DNA from: Raillietiella orientalis
Taxonomy: Eukaryota
Assembly: GCA_036172245.1 (NCBI GenBank)
Contig: JAYWIR010000016.1
Coordinates: forward strand, 1,550,001 to 1,614,000
DNA length: 64,000 bases
Direction: 5' to 3'
A program made the translations under genes and the position numbers. The notes beneath the pieces were generated by a model. That model was not told the origin of the DNA. It worked only from the letters and a program-made list of their open reading frames with translations, and made no database searches. Within the stretch, counting starts at the first letter, position 1. Each line of letters begins with the position of its first letter. This document shows, piece after piece, positions 25,501 to 51,128 of the stretch.

Positions 25501-27755
25501 GTCCGGCGTCCACACCTCTGCGAGCAGCGTAGGCGAAGGGGCGGTGACTGCCACAGAGATGCGTCGTCATGCCGACGGGATCGCGAGCAGCGGCGCCCAG
25601 GCGGTCGGAGTTTCTTCTCTGACCAGCTGGCCTCGGCTATCATTCTCAAGAGCCCTTTATTTCCGTTACCCCTTCCTACCCCCCCTCCCCCTCTTCCTCT
25701 TCCTTCGACTTATTCCCCCCGCTGTTCCCTTGAAAACGCATCTCCGGAAGGAGGAGCTCCGTGAAGCTGAGGAGCCGACGCGCTCGAACGGCGGCGGCAG
25801 GCACGCCAGACGGGTGGAGCCTCCCTTCCACCCCCTTCTGGAGCCCCTGAGGGGGATGAGGGGTCGAAGGGAAAATGACGCGATCCTTAGAACGGGAAGG
25901 AACGGCGATCCCGTAGAAACTCGGGGGAGAGAGGGAGGGGGGGGGGCGGGAGGGGATGTGAGCCCTTCAGGAAGGAGGAGAAGAGGATGAGCAGCAAAAA
26001 AGGGATTGGGAGTGCCTGAAGGCAGGCCTGTTGGTCCCTCATCGGCCTTCGCGGCTCTCCGCTCGGCCGGGAGTCGCGAAGGGCGCGCGCGGAAGTCGGT
26101 GGCGCACCCCCGGCCACTGCGCCTTTTCCGGGAAACGTCTGGAGTGAGGTGCAGGAATGCAGGGTGAGAGGTTGGGGTGCCGCAGGAAGACTGTCCCGAA
26201 GGGGGGGGGGGAGAGGCGATCCCGGGGTCCTCCTCCTTTCCGCTGCTGCCCCCAGGAACGGTCGACACATCGAGCTGCGCGAGCAGGAAGGGTGGGGGAG
26301 GGAGAAGCGCGCGACTCCCGCGACCCCCTGCACCTTCCTGTCCTCTACTCCCCCTCCCCTCCTCGCTGCTCAGGCGCAACCAGCAGGGTGAGGGGCAGAA
26401 GAGAAGGGGAGGAGTCCACCGTCCGTGCTCCTTTACACTCCTCCCTGACGCGGCGGCCCAGGAGCTTCTCTTGGAGAAGCCGACCCTCGCCCCTCACCGC
26501 TCCCTCGCCGTCCTTGCCTGCTGCGAGCAGAAGGGAGGAGGAGGGAAAGGGATGGTTCCCACCGCGGGCAAGTCCCTTCCTTCTCGCTCCTCCTCCTTCG
26601 GGAGAGGTCGACGTCGACTCTGGCTCCAGGGTACGCGATCCGGGAGCGGAGGGGAGGATCCTGAAGGGGAACGGGCGGACGGAAGGGATTGGGAGGGATT
26701 TCTCGGCAGCAGTGAGACAGGAGTCCGCGGGGTCAAGAAGGTCAGCAGCAAAGGAGGAGTGTGGTGGGAGTGGGAGGAATGCCAGAAGCGGAGTGGATGC
26801 TGCTGAAGGGGGGAGAGTCGAGGGCGTGCGGACTCCCTCATTTCCCACCCCACCCCCGTTTTCCTTTTTTTGTTTTTGGTTCCTCGCCTGTCTGCTTAAC
26901 GGCGTACAGGCAACGGCAGTGTGGTTCTCCCCTTCCCCCTCCCCTGTGACGCCGCAGGAGAGGACGAAGAGGAGGATCCCTCCCTGGGAGACCGGTCATC
27001 CCTCAGCCAGAAGGCCGTCTCCGGGGACGCTGCTGCTTCGCCCTTTCTTCCTTCCCTCCCGCCCGGAGGACGGGGAGACACCCAGCCGGCCTCCCCCCCG
27101 CTCTTCTTGCGAGGGGAAGAGAGGATAAAGGGGGTGGGCAGGGTGGGATTCCTCTGGCCCCTCCTCGCTGCTCCCTCCCGGGGGGTCCCGCCGTCCAGAG
27201 GGGTGGGACCGGACCACTCCTCCGGACGGCTTTCCAGGGAGTGCGGAAGGAAGCGGTGCCAGGCGTGCCGCTTCACCCTCCCCCTGTCCCCCGTGGGAAG
27301 GAAGGTAGGGGGGAGGAGGAGGAGCCACGTCCGCCACTGGCCCGCGCACGCGCGCTCGGATGAGCGTCTCGCGGGAGCAGCCGAATCACTCGGGCGTGAA
27401 GGGAAGCGCGCGCTTTCCGCGCGCGCGGAAGAATGTAGCGGCAGCATGACGTAGAGGAGAGGGAGAGGGGAGGAGGAAGAGGGAAGGGGAGAAAGAAGGG
27501 AGGAGGGAGGAGGAGGAGGGGTGACGCGCGTGCTGAGTATCTCTCTTTCTCTCTCTCACGCGCGTCTCTGCCAACGGGAAGGCGGGGAGAGACGCCGCCG
27601 CGCAGCCACCACCGTGTCTGGGGGAGAGAGGGAAAGAGGAGGAGGGGGAGAGAAGAAAGGAGGAGGAACGGAGGAAAGAGAGAAAGGAAGGAGGAGGAGG
27701 AGGAGGAGGCCGGGAAGACGGAGCGCGCGCGCGCACCGTCCGTCGCGCGCACGGT

Positions 27756-27764
27756 TATAAGGAG
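27756..27764 (+). promoter_or_regulatory. TATA box of the alpha-tubulin promoter
   Basis: TATAAGGAG about 165 nt upstream of the ATG, in CpG-rich sequence preceded by GA/CT-rich tracts (about 27450-27710). Confidence 0.65.
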
Positions 27765-27922
27765 GGTCTCCGCCGCTGCGCGCAGGAAGTCCGAGTGCCG
27801 CATCCCGCGCGGTCGCACCGTCCGCCCGCCCACCCGCTCGTGCGCTCTCCCGTGGCTTCCAGCAGCGCCTCCGCCGCCGCCAACGCAGCAGCCGCCGTCG
27901 CTCCCGGGAGCACACACCGATT

Positions 27923-41652
<13,730 letters not shown>

Positions 41653-41793
41653 AAGAGGACAAATCAGTGAGTAATCGGACCATGACCACGAGAGCACGTT
41701 TGCTGCCTCCCTCTCAGGAGAACCTATGGTGGCTCGAGGTTTCGGAATGGGTGCACGTTGTCATAGTTTCGGATGAACGTTTATTCACGACGA

Positions 41794-41799
41794 AATAAA
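41794..41799 (+). terminator. Polyadenylation signal of alpha-tubulin
   Basis: AATAAA 142 nt downstream of the TGA stop, in an AT-rich 3' UTR-like stretch. Confidence 0.6.
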
Positions 41800-42370
41800 A
41801 AGTCTGAAAAAAAAAAAAAAAGAGAGAGACTAAAAAGTGATTGTGATCATCTCGTGCGCCTTTCCAGAAAATGCAAGAATTCATCTTTCCTTCTTCCCCC
41901 TTTCCGCCTGCTGTATGGTGCGGACATCTCGCGTTGGTTTTCGCTACCACCTGGCTGAGGTTTGAAAGCCTCGTCCGAGTGGCAGGTTCGATTTTCTCCA
42001 CCCCTCAACCGTAGTGGCTGAAGTTTCCTAGCTGGAGCTCGCCTTCGACCGCACGAAGTGTGGAACCAGGCAGCAGCCGCTGGAACTCGGGATCGTCCAC
42101 GGCGTGCCTTCCGCTTGGCTGCTGCTGCTCCCTTCACTTCCTGCCACGCAGCTTTTTGCCTCTGGTCACCCTCTAGAAGCACACTGTAGGCTGTTGAGCC
42201 CGTTCTCAGCTGAGGGATGCCGGCAAAGCTTTGAGGGAGCGGGAAGAAGAACGTACCATGGAGCTTTGCAGTCTTTCATTCACGTTCCGTTGATCGCATC
42301 CATGTGGAGAGGGATGCCAGTGCCGAGGACTGGAGCATGTGGCCCATTCCCTCTTCTCAGATTGTCGTGA

Positions 42371-42645
42371 TCGTTTTCACAGCCGGAGGGGAATCCTGAA
42401 GGGAACCGACTCCTTGATTCCTGGAAGGATCACGGAGGCTCAACCTCCAATCCCGGCCAGTCGACGGAGGCATCCGGTTTCCGGCTGCTTCCACCAGTTC
42501 CTCATCCAAATAGGCCAACCAGAGTCATCCTGCGGAGAGGACTCGAAACCCAAGACGTACCCACTTCTCGGCGTCGATCCTTCCCCAGGCGGGATTCGAA
42601 CTCGCAACGGCTAGTGCCACGGCAAGGCCACAGGGCCGCCGACGC
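42371..42645 (-). mobile_element. tRNA-derived SINE (head and body)
   Basis: Minus strand reads GCGTCGGCGGCCCTGTGG...GAGTTCGAATCCC...ATCGACGCCGAGAA...GCAGGATGACTCTGGTTGG...CCTTCCAGGAATCAAGGA. Confidence 0.8.
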
Positions 42646-45600
42646 GGGCTGTCGTGACCGCACGACTCGTGTTCTGTAGCACCGGTTGCATCCCAAGACA
42701 TGACCTCAGCCTTGAAAAACTTGCGGTCCCAGAGCGTCACGGGAAATGGGAAAAAATTTTCAATTCAAAAGGAAAGTCAAAGGTTCCGTCAAAAGGGGAA
42801 CGCGCTGTTGGTGTCCGTGCCGGCGGGCGCCTTGCTTTTCGTCCTTTCCCTGAGGCTCCCGTCGGCTCCACGACCCAGACTCCTCATCTTCCTTCCTATT
42901 CCCTCCCTGCCACTTTTGTCACTTTTATGCTGAGTCGATGGACCGCATCTGGAGGTTGCAGCTCTTGAATCTTTGATCTTGGCTGTTCAGTGTCATGGAC
43001 CACTGGACGGGCCGGAGAGCTTTTCTTGCGAAGCTCTTTTCTCTCTGGGAGAATAGGGTTAGGGCACACATCTCGGGATGCAGCACTCGCGCATGTTCCT
43101 GCTGGCACTGGGCAAGTAAGGAGGGATGGGATGAAGGGAGGGACATGTGGCGCCTCTTCCTGAGATCACCAACTCCCTCCCCTGCTTTGCTCTGCGAGAT
43201 CATGCACCAGCTAATGACCTACCCACAGGGCCAAAGAGGAACACGAATTCGTTCCCCCTCTACCCCCTCCATGTAAGCCGGAGAAGGCGCGGCCCCACGC
43301 ACAGTCCCACGCAGGTCACGAGCCTTCCGCTGAGGCTGGCGCTCACATCGGGCGGCTGCTGCACGTCTGGCACTTCCGAAAAAGGTTGCCAGGGGGACGA
43401 GGTGGGTTTCCAGGACCACGGAATCCCCGCGTCGCCGCACGGGTGCGTGTTCGTGATCACCAGCACATTTCTCCGGGAGAGGGAACGGGTTTTGTGGCCG
43501 CGAGAGACTGCGTGCCTCCCGAGCTGGATGCAGGCCTCCTTCCTCGTTGAGGAGGAGCGCGTGGGCGTCCTGGATGCGGACTGCCCACGCGCAAAAGGAG
43601 AAGAAAGTCTTCCCTACGTGCAAAGGAGCACCTGGTGCCACATTTGCTTTCCTGTCGAGGCTTTCCTGTTCGGAACGCGGTATCCCAGGGAGACGCACCA
43701 TGTAGACTTCCACCCCGCAAACCTGCTGCCTGTCGGCACCATGACAGACGGGCGTTCCTCATCTCCAGCGCGAAGGGATGAGGAGGGGAGATCCGGAAAA
43801 AACAGAGAAAACGAACACAGTGTTTGTAAAGGAAAACAACGAGACGGGGAAGGGGGGAACGTGTCGAACGTCGGGACGACGCGCCGAGCTTTCAGGAAGG
43901 TCTCCATGGGCGTTCTGCTCAGACGAGACGCAGCTGTCTCTCCTCTTGCACGTCCCTCGTCATCCTTCGCAAGCGGGAGCGTCCGTTCGCACATTCGAGT
44001 GGGCAACAGGGATAAACCAGGATCGCTGTCGAGTGCTTGATAATCTCTGGCGCATGTTTGCCCGGAACCGCCAGACACTCCGGGCGAGTGACCTCCGGGA
44101 AGGGCAAGGGTGGGCTCACATGCATGGAATGGTGCGGTCACGGAAAGGTGGCAGATTCTCGAGGTGGCTGCCGGGAGGCGCTGGCTCTTATCTCGGGGAG
44201 AGGACTTCCTGATCCACCTCCGCCTCTCGATGTCACCACGGGGCCTTTAGGGTATAGTTTCGTACGCAAGAGTCGTCAGCAACTACCTTTACGTGCGTGG
44301 GACGGGTCTCCAAGACTAGCTCGTGGGTTTTGCTGCTGCGTGCGGCGAAGAAAGTGTCCTCCTAAAGAGAGCGTCAGACTGCCACCTCTTCCTTTGCCAT
44401 CGTTGTCTGAGGTCCAGGAATGATCGCTGTTTCCAGTGCTTCTGGCACCAGGAAAGTCAAGCGTTTCAGCGCATCCTTCTTGCGGTCCGGATCGTTTGGC
44501 TTAGCACCGCATGCAGGGGTCGTCTAGAAAGATGCCTCAACAGCAGGGAGAGACGCTGGACTCCTACACGAGAATACACTTAAAGCAACGGTTTAGATAG
44601 TTGAGTCCTTCAGACGCTTATGCCGGGATGGAAGGTGTTTCTCCTGCATCCATGTGTGTGTCTGCTGATCGAAGCTCATTCGTGGGTAGTAGGCGGCGAT
44701 CATCCTTGGCACAACGTCAGACGTTTTCTTAAGTTATATGTGGGGTCGGAGATCTCGGCATTGCAGTGAGCGTGAGGGGTCGAACGGATGGGATGAGGAG
44801 GATTTCTCCTCGGCGGTCCGTGGTGTTACGGGGATTGCAGCTTGGTCATCCAGAGAAGTTTCATCAGCCCTCAGGCTTCAGCGGTATGCTGCTAATCCTG
44901 GTAGAAGGGACGATACGAGGCAGTGCCTGCGACTTGCTTTTCGTCCCTTCCCTGAGTGTCCTGCTGGTTGCCACGACGTAGTCTCCTCACCTTCCAGCTC
45001 CCGCTTTGCGCTTTTGTCACTTTGGTGGAAGTTCGCCCCCAATCTGCGGGTGGCTGGAGCTTTGTAAAGCGCTCTCATCTGGTGAAAATGGGTTCGATGC
45101 CCGTGTACTAGTCTGTTCACGATGCTGCGCCATCTGCCGTGGATGCAGAGTATCAGACATCTCTAGTGACGGAAGTGACAACTCGTGCCGCGCGTGGTTC
45201 TGGTTTTCCAGCCTAAGAACTGGATGCATCCTAGTGGTGCTGGAGACTATGGAGAGCGTTGGGTTGTTTTTGGAAAACACGGAGAAGCTTTCGAAGTCTC
45301 TGCGTCTCCCAGTGCGGGTCCCGGAGGGAGGTGGCCCTGTGAGTCTGGATTCCAAAACGCCTCTGGAGAAGGAGCTGAACACGGGTGGTGAAGGAGGCGT
45401 TCGTCAAATGTGTCCTGGTTGGTTGTACAAGCGTGAAGCAGCAAAGAGGAGTTAATGGAGTGGTCATATATATACGGAATAAATAAAGCTTATAGATATG
45501 GAGGAAGACTGAGTGCAGACGAGTGTTGTTTGTGTGAAAAGGAAGAGACGGCAGGGACCGGGAGGTTACTCTGGGACGTTTATTTTAAAAAATAAACTAC

Positions 45601-45989
45601 AACTAATAGGGGAAAAATATCCCCTCAAAGAAAAAAGAAGTTCATCCGGGATAACCACTGGCACGCAAGCCGGCTTCCAAAAAGTAGGAAATGGAGGGAG
45701 AGGACGATAAATAAATAAAAAAAAAAAGACGAGAGGGCGGGGATAGGGGTCTCTGGTTTCATTCTCTCCTTTCTTTCCAGGAGCGGCTGCGTATGGTGAC
45801 GATCTCCCTGGCGACTTCTGGCAGATGAGGCCACCTTGCTGCTGTCTTCATGAGGGCCGCTGCCATGCTGGTGGCCTCTCTTCGCCGCGAACTTGATTCT
45901 AACACATGACGAGCTGTTGCTATGGCGCGGATGCAATCGACTGTTGCGGTCACAGGGGCTTCTTCAGTCCGCGTTCTGTGAAGAAGCGT

Positions 45990-46300
45990 CGCAGCAAGTC
46001 CTCAGCGGGATCCTGCGGTTGTCGGAGCTCCGGAGCGAGTCTCCGCCACAAGTCCTCCAGGGCACCGCAGTCCAACAGGAGGTGCGGGAGCGATTCCATC
46101 GCCTCGCACTCGGAACAGTTTCGAGGAGGCAACTCCCCCGGAAACCAGATGTCTGCGCTGATGGCACTGGAATCCCCAGTGCAGGAACAGCTTCCACCGT
46201 GGCAGGAACACGGAGGCGTCCACACAAAGGGGAGGGACCAGGAGTTCTTCGGACACCGCGACGCCAATCCGTCGCTCCCAAGGAATGTTCTGGCGGACAG
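45990..46300 (-). mobile_element. L1/Tx1-like LINE relic, zf-RVT domain (frameshifted)
   Basis: FLPRWKLFLHWG in one frame, then NCSECEAMESLPHLLLDCGALEDLW in another. Confidence 0.65.
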
Positions 46301-46494
46301 GCGCTCTCGGCATCCCTTTGAATAAAGTAGCGATCCCCGCCATTTTCCTCAACGGTTTAGCACTTCTCTCCCCTTACTCGAGTGGAACTGAACGTTTGAA
46401 GTTTTGTGGATGCCGAGGGCGATGCGATGCTGCAGCCTGGACCGGGTCTGAGTCCACGCTTCGTACGAAACAGAGTAAGTCGGCGTAACTCTTG

Positions 46495-47043
46495 GTAGGG
46501 AACACCGAATTTCTTCCTTATTTTCTACGGAGGGGTTCCCTGGAAGGGACCACTCCCCATTTCTTCTTCTATGGGAACCCGGAATATATCTGCCCCTTGT
46601 TTGCTCCTCTGAAAGGAGCTCTGAAGGGACCAAATTTCTCCGAAGAACGCTCCTCGAAGGGAGAAGCGAAGCTTCCTACAGTATGGAGAGGCAATCCCCC
46701 TCTGGAGGCCATCATCCAGCTCTATGGTACATGATGGACGCGCTCCATTTGCACAATCAGAGGGGAACCCCGGAGGGAACCGACTGGAAGAACTCTGGAG
46801 CCATTTTTAACTTTCAACCCTGACCAGTCAATGGAGGCATTCGGCTTCCGGATGCTTCCACCAGTGCTGAGCCTACAGGTCAAGTTTTCAACTAGCAATA
46901 ATACAGGTCAACCAGCATCATTCTGCGGATGGCACTTGAAACCCAAGACGTACCTATTTCTCGGCGTCAATCTCTACGTGGAGATACGAACCCTCAACGT
47001 TTGGCACCACATGCGGAGATCTCAGCCACACGGCCGCCAACGC
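46495..47043 (-). mobile_element. tRNA-derived SINE, near full-length diverged copy
   Basis: Minus strand reads GCGTTGGCGGCCGTGTGG...GGGTTCGTATC...TTGACGCCGAGAAATAGGTACGTCTTGGGTTTC, then the shared body and tail. Confidence 0.75.
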
Positions 47044-48199
47044 GTGATCTCGCTTCCCAGGCTCATCACCAAGTTGGAGGCCACCCGCCCCATTTGCGCA
47101 GCTCCCAGTCTGAAAGGCTGTTCGACCCCTGCGTTCGAAACTGCGATCGGACTCCGGTTGCTCCGTCGTTGTCTGGGAAGGATTAGTCCGGGACGAGCAT
47201 TCGAGAACGGGAGGGGAGGAAGAAGGGTGTGTGCTCTTTGGTGAGACGGGTACTTCCCGTCGGGCAAGCTCGACCCCGTGGTTTGGGACCTCTGCCTCTC
47301 GGCTCTGAGAGATTCTTCACTGTGGAGTCAAGCTCGCTCTCCCGAGCTGTGACGATGCTCAGGTTTAAAAGTTGGCCAAAAACGGAAGGGCCATCCCTTC
47401 AGAGAAGGAGCAAGCCCTCCTCTCATGGCCGCACACCCAACGGGAGGACCCTTCCGTTTTCGTTCGGAATCGAAGATTAGGTGCAGACCTCCTGCACCTG
47501 AAAGATCAGCGGAGGATTCTCATCCGGTCACACCGGGAGGCGTCGTTTATTTACAGAAGAGAGTGGAACGTTACGGCTCAACGAGTCCAATGATTCTTGA
47601 AGGAGAGAGAGGGGGGAGGGAAGGTTGCCGGTGCCCACAACGGGAGGGGAGGGGAATGGCGAAAGAGAAAAAAAAAAAAGTAAACATAAAGCAAAAAGAT
47701 CGTCTGCGGAATTATGAGGGGGAGCAGGGGAGGGATCACATTCTGTGCCGTCGGTTTCCTCCGCATCCTGTGCAGGATGTCAGGATCCGAGCTGCTCCTC
47801 AGGCCGTCCTAGGTGGGTCCATCTCGAGGCGATCCGCAGAACCCGGACTGCGAAGGGAATGGCGCTCCTGTGGTTGCGGTCTCTCCCACCCTCTCACCTT
47901 GCCTGAAGCAACGCCACCCTGACATCAGAGAGCTGACTGAGCCTGACAGCAGACTGAGACAGCTGACGACGAAGGCGAGCTTCGCAGCATCGCTGAGGTT
48001 GTCCACCGGGCTGGGAGTGTCGTGGGGAAATGTTCTCAGAATGCTCACAGGGCAACAGTGTGCACCAGGCGCAGTTCGGCGCGACGCTTCCCCTCGTCCA
48101 GTGCTGTCGCCCTACAGCTGCAGTTCAGGATGACGGCCTCCATGGCCGAGAACTGGATGTGGCTCTGTGCGCGAAATCCCGAGGCATACTGTCTGCTGG

Positions 48200-48730
48200 T
48201 TGCGGAGAAACGGCAATTTTGCTACCGAGACCACACAAGGCTCTCGGGTCCCCACTGAGGAGGGTCGCCGTTCTGTGGGAAAAGCAATATGCGGATCTCC
48301 TGCCTCCTGGCAAACCACAAAAGGAGGTGGTGGACACCTAGATCCCCAGCACGAGGACGGACGCCGCCCATGATGCTTCCCATCCACACCTTCAGTCTCT
48401 GCTGGAGGCAGCCGAGGGGGACGGAAAGAAGAGGACCCGAGACACTGCCACCCCTCATCTGCAAAGCTCTCCTCCCTACGGCAGAGAAACTACAATTGTC
48501 GACTGGCAGGGCGGGCGATGTCGCAGCAGGAGAGACGAAACTGGTGAGCCTGTGGAGGGCGGGCCAGAGGTGGCCTTGAGGCGGAGACGCCCAGTGCCCA
48601 CGTGAAAGGGCTTCTCGGTTCGGCGGAATGCTGGGGGAGTTGGTGACACCTCCCTTCTGCCTGAGCAGCTTCGTGCACACCCCCTCAGGCGGCAGTACGA
48701 GGAGGCTTCGCCGTTCGCTCACCAAGGCTT
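48200..48730 (-). mobile_element. Possible decayed Gypsy-type integrase relic
   Basis: LLVLPP...KLL...HLWPALHRLTSFVS (with CCD in an adjacent frame), then GPLLSVPLG...IMG; order resembles the HHCC domain followed by the start of rve. Confidence 0.35.
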
Positions 48731-48961
48731 CCCGCGCAACTGCCGTCTTGGCAGGTTGGTTTCGAGGCTTCCTCGGAGGAAAGCGCGGTGACTTTTGATG
48801 ACGAAAATCCTTTTGGGTTCTTCTCTGCCTTTCCAGCTTTTGGGGGGGGGGGGTGCCAGATACCTCAAGAACCGTTGCGCGCCTGGTGGCCTACGCAGCT
48901 CTTTGACGCTGTCCACTCCACTCGAGGGGGAGTGTACTTCTAGATAGTATCCCGGGACGGA

Positions 48962-49190
48962 ATAGCACCCTATGAATCCAGGAAGGGTTCCATAGAATGG
49001 GGTCCGTTCCTTTCAAGCCTGAGGAGGGATCCCAAAGGGAACCACCACCTTGTCTGTCTCCGAAGTAACCCTAAAGGGAATCTCCTTTCTTGTTCTCTCC
49101 GGAGGGCCTTCTGGAGTGATCCGCTCCATTTTTTCTACTTGGAGGGAACCCTCAAAAGATCCGCTATTATGAATTTCTTCTACGGAGGGA
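48962..49190 (-). mobile_element. 3' tail fragment of the SINE family
   Basis: CACCCTATGAATCCAGGAAGGG...GTCCGTTCCT is shared with about 63564-63610; TCCGCTCCATTTTT is shared with the 5.6k copy. Confidence 0.65.
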
Positions 49191-50659
49191 AAGTTTGCTG
49201 CTGCTCCCCTTCACCCACTACTTTTAGTTTGCCCCTTCCCTCCCGAGGTGAAAAAGCGGCTGGAGGATCTCCTGTGCATTGCCCTATGGGGCAACGGGAG
49301 GCCCCAAGTCCTGCTGTCCGACTTGTGCGCTCTGCGTCGGGACGGCGGTCTCAGCCTCCTGATGTTGGAGCGCATGGAAATCTATGTCGGCGAATCTTAG
49401 CCATCGCAGCGAAGTCAGGAGCACCCCATGATGCGTTCTGGCACGTTTCTCTCCAGCTGTGAGGCCGGGACGGAAGGACTCGCATCTTTCTTCTCGTGCT
49501 CGTGACCCAAGGTGCAAAGATGAGGTCTTCTCCTGGTCGCATGGTCACTCTGTCGAAGGAGAACGACTGGATGGTCTTCTGCCCCACCAACTCTAGTGCA
49601 TGGCTAGAGGAAACAGTTGGCTCTTGGGTGAAGCTGAACGAAATGCAAAATGAGAGGTGGAACTGCCTACGACTTGGCAACCACGCCCGCTGCTCGCTCC
49701 GGAAGGTCCTGGAATGTCCTGCTAGGAGCATGTGAGCGAAGACGAGCCCCCTTGCTGCAACGCTGCCCTTTCTAAGAAGGGCACCAAGCAGTAGCCAAAG
49801 GCCATGGTGGGAAGTCGCCTGCGAGATTGCAGGCAGGAAGCAGTGGATGAGTGGTTGGATCATGGAACAGCTGGCAGATGCAGCGACCATGAGTGTCCCT
49901 CCATCCCTCCACATAGTACTGGGGCAAGCTGTTCAGCATTCCATCAGAAGACCTGGAGTGGCCCTCAGTGCTGAAGGACACGATCCCCCTGAAATGGCAG
50001 GAGTCGGTGCTTCTGCTGTTGCCCTGGAACGCGTGCCGACACCACTAGACGCTGGGGAGGGCGAATCCGAACTGTCGCAGGTGGGTGGAACGGGAATTCT
50101 TCCCTCACCTGCTAGTGGACTGCGCTGTCCTCCGGCTCCTATGGGAACGTTTTGCAACGAACCTCTGGATCCCGGTTGGCAGCCTCCCCAGGGGCTTTTT
50201 ACGGCTCCTCTTCGAGTGGCCCGCTCTGCAGCCAGCCGCCACCTAGCTGCAGCAGTTTGCTGCATCTGCAGGATCGTGGCGGCATGGAGAGAAGCCGACA
50301 GGGGATGGGATGGGAGGGACGCCGTCCGGTTTGCAGTTCGCTTCCTGCAGATGGCGGCCGGATGCCCCCATCTAGGGATTATTCGGAAGGACCTTGCTGG
50401 AATCCCGAAACGGATGTAGACACCGTCCAGCGGGCGGTGAACCCTTCCGGCACCTTCCAAGTGTTTCTATTGATTTCTATTTATTCTTTTTTTTTCCTTT
50501 TTTTGTTTTTCCCCATTCCTCTCCGCTGCCGAGGCGAGCCCACCGGTCTGCATACCAGCGACCCGGCAGATCCATTGCTGAGTTGGCCGTAGGGGGGCTT
50601 CGGACCACGGAAGTTGTAAGTTTATTGAAATCAATAGACGCCCCGGCGTGACCGGATGA

Positions 50660-51128
50660 CAACTCCGGAGGGAACCCGCGAGGGAACCGCTGCTGTTTAC
50701 TCTTCTGAAGGAAGCCCAAAAAGGACGCTTCCTTTTTTCTCTGAGGGACGTTCCCCGTAGGGAGCGGCACGCTTCTCTGTACTCTGGAGAAGTAACAACA
50801 CACCTACTCCATGGTACGAGACGGAGGGTCCCCCTCGAAGGAAGGGTCCGCTCCTTTGCACGAGCGGAGGGAAACTCCGACTCCTCGATTCCTGGCAGAA
50901 TCCGGAGGGTCGACTCTCAATCTCCGCCGGTCATCGGAGGCATCCAGTTTGAACCGCCACCGGCGCCGCACCAGAATGCAGGCCAACCAGCGTCATCTTG
51001 GCAGGAGGAACTCGAACCCACGACGCACCCCCCATCTCGGCGTCGATCCTTCCCGGGGTGGGATTCGAACCCTTGGTGACGCTTGGCTGTGCCACGCGTA
51101 GAGAACGCAGCCACGTGGCCACCGACGC
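50660..51128 (-). mobile_element. tRNA-derived SINE
   Basis: Minus strand reads GCGTCGGTGGCCACGTGG (A-box)...GGGTTCGAATCCC (B-box)...ATCGACGCCGAGATGGG..., then the body and part of the tail. Confidence 0.8.

Noticed and set aside
49350..50000. Second retroelement integrase or Gag knuckle relic (GHSRSSDGML...RCICQ on -, RWNCLRLGNHARC on +)
   Set aside because: Competing weak motifs on opposite strands; cannot be resolved without a profile search.
51040..51128. Functional tRNA genes at the A/B-box loci (also 11.9k, 42.6k, 47.0k)
   Set aside because: Cloverleaf is broken, the acceptor strand is displaced, copies are diverged and all continue into a shared SINE body.
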